Origin: Bugula neritina
Taxonomy: Eukaryota; Animalia; Bryozoa
DNA length: 64,000 nucleotides
Assembly: GCA_964035545.1 (NCBI GenBank)
Contig: OZ037768.1
Coordinates: 17,839,700 to 17,903,699, forward strand
Direction of reading: 5' to 3'
Shown here piece by piece: positions 54,251 through 64,000 of the stretch. The translations under genes were made by a program, and so were the position numbers. Every line of letters starts with the position of its first letter. The first letter of the stretch is position 1. The notes beneath the pieces are model-generated. The model was not told the origin of the DNA and made no database searches. It was given only the letters and a program-made list of their open reading frames with translations.

Positions 54251-56292
54251 TAGTGTAAGACTGTAAGTTTTACGTGTTACGTTACCTTGTTGACTTGGTT
54301 ACGGTGCAATTGAAAGTGAACGCTTCAATAAATTTAATTTTGATCATTATGATAAAGATTATGAAAAGTATTGGTTTTCATTATTCATTACAATTATAGT
54401 TATATTTATAATTATGCTTATTATTTATTTTGTATTTTTAATATCATTTTGATAACGATTTCTATATTTTAATGGTATTTATTGATAATGGTAAACATGA
54501 ACTTGAAGTGAATACTATTATTAATATAAATAATATCATAATCAAAATGATATTGATAATAGGATGATAATAAAAGCTAGCTAAAAATTGAGAATCAAAC
54601 AGTTAACTTATTAGATAAGTGTGTCATTTTTGCTTATAACAATACCTACTATAACTATAAATATAAAGCTATGTTAGTGTTGTCCACTGTCACTATGTAT
54701 ACTAATATAAATATAAATATGCTCATAATAACTATTGGTATTTTAGATGGAATTTCTATTAAAATAACTGATTTCTTTTCAAAAACTTTCATCCCTTTTC
54801 ATGATTGATGTTTTACTTATTATTTTTTTAGTCAGCTGTTTGTAAGGGTGGACTAACTGAAGTTTACTAGCTGTTAGTGTTAGCAGTTTTAATTATAAGT
54901 AGCAACTTTAAAATAGGCAACAGGATATTAATATAATTGCTTAAAAAATTGGAAAGCAATCAATAATTGTTTCATTTTGTTTTTGTGATTTATTACTTTT
55001 TCAAAATACAGTAGATTCAATTGGATAATTTTCGATATGGCTTTTATGGTTTAAAGTTTGTTCATAAATCATGGAGCTCATTTATTTAGGTTTAGCTACT
55101 TATATCTGGGGTGAGCTGTAGGTTCTAAGCTAGTAGAATTTTGTGAAGTGTAAAGTTAACTTTGCCTAGATTATTGTTTAGATACATTTACTGCTAAAGT
55201 GTCATGAGATATTTGTTTCTCAAATGTTTTACAATCACATCGTTTATGTTGCCAGATTATTATCTTTCTGAAACTGTAGCATAAGTTAAACTGTAAGTTT
55301 AACTGTAGTTGTTAATTTTAGTGTTTGGCACTTGCATTGGATTACTTCTGAGCTACATCAGCAGCAACAGACTACAAGATAATGTAAGTACAAGCATTGG
55401 TACTGCAATCTACTCGGGCTTGATTTGGATTCATTATTCCTATTAAATAGTTATGCCTACCTTGTATGTGGAAGTCATTCAATAAGCCACAAGTTTTACT
55501 GATACTAGTTGTTTTAGTTGCTTGAAAATATTGAAAGAACGCTAATCATAATTTAATAATAAATTTTCCCTATATTGAATCTAAAGTCACTGGAATAATT
55601 CAGCAAATAATTGTAAATGATAGTCTTTATCCCAGATGTAAAGCAAAATAATGTTGTCAATAGATGGTATTATTAGATTAGTCTATGTATTATAGTTCTT
55701 AAAGATTTTTGATTGAAGCTAAGGGTTCGCAATTTGCTTCGGCAAATCCTAACTAGCTGTAGCAGAACAAGAGCTAGCAGATCCTGATTTTTGAAGTGTC
55801 CACTTATTATGATGTTATGTAATGCATTTGAAAACAGGGAAAAAGATTGTAAATAGTCATGTTCAAAACTGACACATATAGCATGCTTTTTACAAAGGCA
55901 TTGATAGTGATAAGCATCATTTCTGAAGATACTTTTTGTTTTATGTCTTTAATTACAAAAATAAAAGAAAAAAGTGTATAGGCCTACTGCACATGTGCCA
56001 TACAAATTCTTTGAAATGTAGCCAAAAGTAAAGTTTCAAAAACTGCAATTTTATATATAGAAAAAATGAATTGAACAAACTTAAGTTTAATATAATTACG
56101 TGTCTGTGAGTAAGAAATAACCATCAATTTCTGTAAATTGCAGAAATAATGGCCATAATTTGAAATTAAATGTATGACCAATTGGCTATATTACCACATA
56201 TGGAATTAAAAAATTTAATAGTAACATATTTATGCCATACTCTTGACTTCAGGACTCGCTGACTCTAAGTATGCTGACGTCACCTTATTAAA

Positions 56293-59200
56293 ATGGCGGA
56301 TGATGTTCGAAACGAAATATTGGCTGCCAGTCGCTCACGCACAGGAAACCGAGAGAGCTTTGGAGCAACTAGCAGCAGGCATTTTAGTCAAGTCAAAGCG
56401 TCATTTGATGTCTCCCCAACATCTACTTCTCCAGAACGCAGTGTTATTGGACAACCCAGATCACGCCAGAGCAGCTCTTCCAATTCCCCTACAAGGTAAT
56501 TTTCGTCATCTTTTATTTCATCAATGCTTGTATTATACTGATGTTGCAATTATATAATTCGAGCGCTGTTTTTTGTTGCAGAAAAGCTTTTCCACAGGTG
56601 ACTGCAATTGACTCTGCACCTAGTAAAATGCCACCAAAACCTGTAGATCTGCCTACAGCGTCACTTATTGGTGTCGCTGGAAAGCGGTGGAGCAAGCAGG
56701 CTGATCAACAATCTCATACAGACCGCTTCAAAAACTCAAGAGCTCTTTTTGAGAAACTTGAAAAAGAAAATTCGGCTCCTGTCAAGCCACCAATTTTTAA
56801 AGCTGGCACATCATTTGCATTTAAGTCAAAGGATTTTGGATTAAAAAGTTCTGTTGGCGACAAGCCAGGAGTAGGTGATCAACTAACTGTTTCAGCCAAT
56901 CCCACCCAGGTGCGAAAAACCAATAATTTTTTGAAATCTCTTGATGTTGAACAGAAAAGCAATGGCCCTTCAAATAATGTACTAAAGAAAACAGATGATT
57001 CTGAAATGAATGGAGCAAGCAGTGAGAGTAACTCGTATGGCTCTAGTAATGGTAAGGTGTCTGATAAACTTGAACATCCTGATAATAAAGCATCTGATCA
57101 TTTGGATTCAGAGGTATTTATTGAACCGAAGTCTGAACCGGCCTTAAGCAGTTACAGAGCCATGTTCAGTCGGAAGTTGTCTTCTGATGTCTTACCCAAG
57201 CCCTACCACCCTCCTAGTAGCTTGGAAATCAGACCTGTCAGACGCCCCACCTCAACATCCCGACAAGATGCTCAAGAGAATGGCGATGTTGTATCGCCTG
57301 TAGAAGCTTTGCCCAAATTTTCAACTAAGCCTACAGCTACACTGGAGAAATCTCTGAGTAAAGATGACATTGCTGCTTCCCTTGCAGCCGCAGATAAATA
57401 CTTGAACAAAATCAACAGTAGTTCTGGAACTCTGGAACTGTCCAATGATGATGAGGCACCCTGGAGGTCCAAGCACTTGTTGCATAGTGATCATAGTTCC
57501 GAGAAACAAGTGGATGACTCCGAATTAAAAGGATCCGAGAGAGCAGAGCCCTTAGAAGGAGGTGTTGATTTAGGTCGGGAAAGTGAGGAGGGTGAGGGCG
57601 GTGGGGAGACAGATGACTCTGTGTCTTATGATAATGTGGCAGATGTTTTGTCTGAACTCCAGGCCTCAGGTCATTATAAAGCTGATAATACTCAAACTGA
57701 GCCAACCAATGTTCAAACTAAAAGTAATATTCCTGACGCCTCTCACTATACGAGCACCAGGTCTGAGAACTGCGCTGCAGAAAATTCTTTAGATTATGAC
57801 TCTGTGACCAGTACGCAGTCGGTGTACCTGCAGTCTAAGGTAGAGCATACGTACAATAATATTAATTTCAATCGAAACAAGAAACGTGTGGAATCTAATA
57901 GTGATGAAGATCAGTATGAAACCGTCGCTCCTCCTTCCCCTCCGATCCGAACGCGCCCTGCCAATTTACCTCTCGATGTTAGCAATGAACCTGAACCTAT
58001 GTCAGTAGAAGAGGCCCAGAATCTACTCAGTACCAGGTGAGTACTCCTTAACGCTTCTCTTAAATTTAAAAAACATTCTTCTATTTTGTCAACTTTGAAA
58101 CTGTAGAAGTAAATTTAGTGGATTGTTTGTACTGGTTATTAACTTTTTTCACCCTCAACAGCTTTGTGTGTTACCAAGATGCTATGAAACAATTAAAGTA
58201 GGCTCTTGGGAAGCGCTTCTTATATGTTCATACAACTTAACTATAGACATGCATGCAAACTTTCTCCCAGAGAACTCAAATTTCATCACATAAAATTTGT
58301 ATTCACATGTATTATAAGTCATAATTCCAACTGTATTTCTGCACTGGTATTTGTGTTTTGTGGTTTGATCAGGCAAGTCATAGAAAGTTCAAGTGGTAAT
58401 ACTTACTGTTAATCCTATACAAAACACTAGTTTATTCATTAACCTTTTTAGTCGCCAGCATAATATTGGAAAGGAAGCCATGCCCAGGTCTGCAGTAACT
58501 GCTGAGATAGAAAAGATGTTTGATGCAGTGATAGCAGATCCTGTCTCCACCAACAGCTGCGTGTCAGTCAATGTGGACGGATCTGATCTGGAGATGGAGC
58601 ATGACAGACAGCATGATGACGACGATGCCGAAACAGCTTCCCTCCATAGTAATAGTACCGATGGAGGTAAACTGACCTCTCAGTCATAGGGCTAGATGCC
58701 CACCCGCAGTATTTGCTTACCAAATATGTGTATAGAAACTATGCGATGCCAGTATTTCTTATATTATGCTGTATTGTGTTATATATGGTATGCAGTCAGC
58801 ATGTAAATATCCTAGTTGAATAATGCTTTCGGTCACAATAGAGTGCCTCTATTGTATTTCTTGTAGTTCATCCTCGTTTACCTTTTCAATGCATAATGTA
58901 TGGTATAGGAGGCTGCAGCAGTATGCTTCTAGGTGCTTCTGAAAGAAATTTTTACTCTTAAACTTTTTAAAGTGGAGAAGTTGACTAATAATTAAACATG
59001 TTGACACATGGGTAGGTGGTGCGTACGCAACTCTCAACGTTAAGCCAGCTCTGCACACGGAAGATGGTGAGGAGAAGAAGCATGCAGATGACAAGCAAAC
59101 TGTGAAACCTCGCGTCACATTTCTCACCAATATGGTGAAGGTGTTTGACACTTACTCGTCGGAGGAGTACGACAGACACAACGAGTTTATCGACCCGGTG

Positions 59201-62200
59201 GCAGCCTCAGCCGAGTACGAGTTAGAGAAGCGTATAGAAAAGATGGACGTCTTTCCTGTGGATATTGTGAAAGGTGAGTCCAGTCTGCCTAGGAGTGGAC
59301 AAATATTATGGATGAATAATTGGCAGCTGCTTGCTGTTGAGAGATTAGGATAAAAGTAATCTTTTATCAGTAGAATTTCTGGTAGTTTTCTTGAGGTGAA
59401 AATGCGTGGTGTTTGCATGCTGCACATTACTGTCAACCATGAGAATATCATATGATAACCTCCGTGATTAGTAAGTCATGATGTAAATTGTTTAATTTAT
59501 TTACTTTAAACATTCTGTTTGACATCATACGTGTTGGATAGCTGTCACAAGTCATGACACTGTCTAGTTACATGATACATTGTATACGTATTCCAGCCTA
59601 GCTTTCCCAGCTCCTCTTGCCACTGTATCAATCAATTGTAGATCACTTATAGAGCAGTAGCTGTAATAGCATTCCAGTGATAGGGTTGTTCTGTGATTCA
59701 GCATATCTTAATCTGTTGAAATGAGTCATTGAGCCTTTTTCCTTTGTCTAATATCACAGTGGGATTTGTGTGGCGACTTCTGTCATTTAGGATTACTAGG
59801 TTTCACTATAATTGATAATAATTTAGGCTATTTGAATGTATTTAGTGAGTGAGTTGGTCTGTTCCAATGAAGTTATTATGCAAATTTGCTGGGCGGCTAA
59901 CTGCTCACACTATGCTTGTATAATTCATGCATGCATAGGATTTGCTATTAGTGTCTAATGCCTACTACTTCTTACAATGGCTATTCCTGGTTTAGATACA
60001 CACCAGCAAGTGGTTAACTAGTTGTCATGATCTTTAATTATAAATTAGAATAAAAATACCCATTACACTAATTGAATTGTCCTGTTTATCAATTTTTCAT
60101 TGATATTTAAAAATGTTGTAACTTCATGAGTTTTATTTCAAAGATCAGAATATTTGATGTATTAGCTGACATTTACATTCCAGACATGAAAACACACCTA
60201 ATGTTCTGGTTAATCTGTACAATATACTAGTGAATATACTGCCATGTACACTTGATGTGTTCAGGTAACGATGGCCTTGGCCTTAGTATAATTGGTATGG
60301 GAGTTGGAGCCGACACTGGGCTAGAGAAGCTGGGAATATTTATCAAGAATCTGTTTGAGGGCGGAGCTGCTCAGAGGGATGGGAGGTAACTCCATAGTTA
60401 TACACATTAGTCCAGTAACCAGTCTCCTTGCTCTTGTACTACAAGTATTTACCGCTTTATTTCTATGCAGGAGTTACCCTATCAGGTTCTATTTTTATCA
60501 ATTTTTTTGCTCATAAGATGGAATAAATCAAGTTACTATATATTGCTGAAATTGTTACTAAACTAAATAACTTCAAGAGAAACTATGTACTACTTCAGAC
60601 AACAGCTTATGCTTTTATAGTACTGATATTAGAAACTGTATAATTATAAATGTCACACAATCTATGAGAAGCCCGACCAATACTAGTAGAGGTATTAGTT
60701 GTAAGAACCATTGAGTTTCAAACATACTACTATGTGCTGTTTGCTCATCAACTAATGTGTAAGCCAATACCTACTCCCACATTCATTGAAATGTTTAGTG
60801 CAATACAATACCAACTTCCTTTTACCTACTCTCTTGCATTCACACAAAAGAAGTGTATTTGCCAAAGCTGTTATAAATGTAGTATTATAGTCAGTAACTT
60901 GGTACTAGTAGTGCAGCTAATGTACTGAACTATGTATGATATGAACTTCTACTAAAACAACTCTTTTATCAACAATTTTGCTCTTTTCTCAAAATGCTAT
61001 TTTCTTTTCGATATTGTTTCATGATATCACGTTTGTATTCACATTTTTACTTGGAATATTGAGTTAAATATTTCCTTCGCTGAACTAAGAGGTGTGCAAT
61101 ATGCTGTAGGATGCAGGTTAATGACCAAATCATCGAAGTTGGGGATAAAAGTTTGGTTGGTGTTTCCCAGGCGTATGCAGCCACAGTGCTACGCAACACC
61201 AGCGGCACTGTCCAGTGAGTATAGTTGGTATAGTACTGTAGTTGGTATAGTACTGTAGTTGGTATAGTACTGTAGTTGGTGGTAGTTTTACCTTGGCTAA
61301 GATAGGCGGTGGTGATAGAGTTGAGTAACTGCTGTCTGGGGCAGGTGTAGTAATGGAAAAATTGTGAAAAGCCTGTATTTTAGATTAGTAATGTAGTACA
61401 GGAAGTTATGTTCTAGTAAGAATTTCAACCTGCGGCCCAAATCGAAATTAAACAATAAAATTAAAAAACTTAGGCTATCTCAATTTCTCCACTACTGCTC
61501 CTAAATGTGCTGTCTATTCTGTTAGTTCTGTGCTGAGCTGATGTTATTTGCAGTCAAGGTGGTGGTTGTGGCTACAATGAACTAACTGGAACTGCTTTAA
61601 AATTGTTGCTGTGTTTAGGTTTTTGATTGGTCGAGAGAAAAACCCTGGAGAGAGTGAGGTGGCGCGGCTGATTGAGCAGTCTATTGCAGAAGACAAACGA
61701 AGAGAAGACATGCGGCAGCGGCAGCAAGAAGCAGCTAGACAGGTTAGTTGAGGCCGTTGATAACTGCGTCAGACTATTGGTACATCTCATGTCCTAGCTG
61801 TAATACATGCTAACAGTAATACACTGGGTTGTTTTGGGAAGAGCGTGGCAAGGGTGTTGATTTCTACACCATATGACTGAAGATAAGCTATCAGCTACTG
61901 AATGATCGGATTGTCTTAATATCTAATTTGTTATGACTTGTTTGTATTGTAATAATTTGCAGGCATTTATATAGATGTCGATCAGATACTGGTTTCCTAA
62001 ATTGAATATTTTACCATATATAGCATACAGTATTTATACAGTTACAATAAGTTGTGTGAAGCTATTCAGGACTCTTTTCAGCTGTCTTCTAAAATGATTT
62101 ATTAATGAAGTAACATGTAAATATGAAATTATAGCTGCTTGATGTTATGTTCTATGCAGCATTTACTACGGAAGCAGCGTATTCGGCAGGATCTATTGAA

Positions 62201-63938
62201 TCAAAACTCATCTACTGATTCTCAAGAGGAGAAGGAGAGTGTCGACGAAGAAAATGTAAGTGTGGTGGTCGGAGCATTTGACTTACTGTATGTATATATA
62301 TGTATGTATGTGGAAGTAGAGGGAGTTCATCAGGTGACTATGCAGAGTATGCAGACGACAATGAGGTGTGTATTGAGTAGTGAAAGTGGAAGATAATATT
62401 TAGCATGTGTAGCATAGCTACAGCCTAATTAATGTACAGTGCTCCCTCCGTATCTCACTAAGCTGCAGGTCCCGAAATCTCAATTCCTGACAATGTAGAG
62501 TATTATATTTAACTCACAGATCAGTTAACTTTTGCTATTTTGTCTCAATACACACATACATAGGCATTGCATTTGACCTTTAGTTCAATTACTACCAAAA
62601 CAATACATTTCACGCCCATCATACAAGAGATAGCTTCTACACTAATGGCTGCGTTACTTACTCTAATTTTGAAGTTGACACGAAAAAAATCTTATTTCAA
62701 CTAAGAGACGGGGTCTGAACCCTTCTCGTGACCTATGCAATTTTACGAGAAATGTATCCGTGAGCTACGGAGAGAGCACTGTGCATTCACTAGGCTGTAG
62801 CTATGCTTATACATGCTGAATATTATCTTCCACTTTCACTACTCACCACACACCTCATTGCTGTCTGTATAGTCACCTGATGACCCCCCCCCCACTTCCT
62901 GCTAAAAACCCCCCCTTATTTGCTGGGGTTATTGTCAGCTCCTTGCCTGATGTCCAAGTGTGTTTGTCTTTACTGTGGGGTAGCTACATTATTTTGTAGT
63001 TGCCTGTTCATGTAAGATAGCCTACTTTTCCTCTGTCTTCCTGTTTTTGCTTTGATATCAAAGTACAGAATTTGAATTATTTTTCTAAGTCATTTTAAAT
63101 TTTTGTGTGTAAATAATATAAGTGTTTATTGTCTTAGTATTGGTGGAGACCAGTTAAGCCAGACGAGTTCCATGCCCTACCCGATGTACAGGTGTGTTTG
63201 TGCTTTACTTCTCTATTTGTCTTGACTGTGGGGGAGCTACATTATTTTGTAGTTGCCTGTTCATGTAAGATAGCCTACTTTTCCTGTCTTCCTGTTTTTT
63301 GCTTAATATCAAAGTACAGAATTTGAATTATTTTTCTAAGCCATTTTAAATTTGTGGATGCGAATAATATAAATGTTTATTGTCTTAGTATTGGAGAGTT
63401 GCAGTAGATAATAGCTATACAGACAACTCACCATAGTTTTACTAACCCACCCAGTGTTATGATAAATGCTGTAGCCTACACAACTTCATAGTTATTTAGA
63501 CATCTCCAGCCCTACTCCATGTTCAAGTTTTTTTTAACTCTGTCTAACCTGATCTGTTCGTATGTAGAATATCCTGTAGTAACTGTATCTGTAAACTATC
63601 CTGTAGTAACTGTATCTGTAAACTATTCTGTAGTAACTGTACATGTAAACTGTCCTGTAGTAACTGTATCTGTAAACTATCCTGTAGTAACTGTATCAGC
63701 TGTAAACTATCCTGTAGTAACTCTATCAGCTGTAAACTATCCTGTAGTAACTGTATCAGCTGTAAACAATTTAAAGGGTGCGAATGCGTCATCAGAAGAA
63801 AGCTCAGTGCCTCCTGTTCACAATGGTCACAATTCACAGAATCTTCCAGAAAGCTCTGTAGACCAGACTCAAGAGTTTGAAGAAATGCTGGCTAATTACA
63901 AAGCTCTCGAAGAAGAGATCAATACGGCTAAAGAAAAG
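56293..63938 (+). CDS. PPP1R9: Neurabin/spinophilin (PP1 regulatory subunit 9 family), 3'-incomplete. Exons about 56293-56495, 56582-58036, 58452-58666, 59016-59273, 60265-60385, 61110-61214, 61619-61742, 62160-62255, then uncertain exons to 63938.
   Basis: RVxF motif KPRVTF, the family signature [65 protein letters not shown]...QVNDQIIEV...[16 protein letters not shown], then coiled coil. Junctions are in frame. No assignment to the vertebrate A or B paralog is implied. Confidence 0.92.
61222..61280. repeat. 17-bp tandem repeat (TAGTTGGTATAGTACTG), about three copies
   Basis: Directly visible just after a splice donor. Confidence 0.9.
62437..62781. mobile_element. Tc1/mariner-type MITE
   Basis: TA|CAGTGCTCCCTCCGTATCTCAC ... 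GTGAGCTACGGAGAGAGCACTG|TG. ~22-bp imperfect TIRs starting CAGTG, no ORF. Confidence 0.65.
62942..63395 (+). repeat. Tandem duplication of an intron plus exon edges (~230-250-bp unit)
   Basis: CC(T/C)GATGT.CA.GTGTGTTTGT...AGCTACATTATTTTGTAGTTGCCTGTTCATG...TTTATTGTCTTAGTATTGG occurs twice. Confidence 0.92.
63568..63767. repeat. 27/30-bp minisatellite (TATCCTGTAGTAACTGTATC[AGC]TGTAAAC), about seven units
   Basis: Directly visible. In frame with the following neurabin exon (YPVVTVSVN repeats). Confidence 0.92.
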
Positions 63939-64000
63939 GTCAGTTAAGCTATATTACGAGTTTCTGCATATGAATATGATCTGTGTTGTGTGAACGGGTG

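Noticed and set aside
54278-54305. RFX X-box-like GTTACCTTGTTGAC motif
   Set aside because: Imperfect match and no evidence for a transcription start here.

Overview
AT-rich genomic DNA from an invertebrate animal (species not determinable), with no prokaryotic features. (1) 76-27357 (+): the 3' part, about 54 GT-AG exons, of an axonemal inner-arm dynein heavy chain with DNAH10 signatures. Its three longest introns contain frame-preserving candidate micro/mini-exons and TGCATG motifs. (2) 28189-38128: a ~10 kb decayed, probable DNA transposon sitting between two (TA)n arrays. It has inverted GCCCCCTATG terminal motifs, a 30-bp minisatellite built from the same motif, a degenerate D...CxxH...RW transposase core and a ~580-bp internal inverted repeat. 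(3) 38.2-45.3 kb: several (TA)n-flanked units carrying type I hammerhead ribozyme motifs, including a decayed Penelope-like element with inverted pLTRs, and a C2H2 zinc-finger gene (-). (4) A two-exon small single-pass membrane protein gene, a ~950-bp perfect (GT)n inside a tandem duplication, and AAT-rich low-complexity DNA. (5) 56293-end (+): a neurabin/spinophilin gene with a MITE-centred fold-back over a splice acceptor and a duplicated intron-exon unit. tRNA-derived SINEs are scattered through the window. All calls were made by eye; no searches were run.
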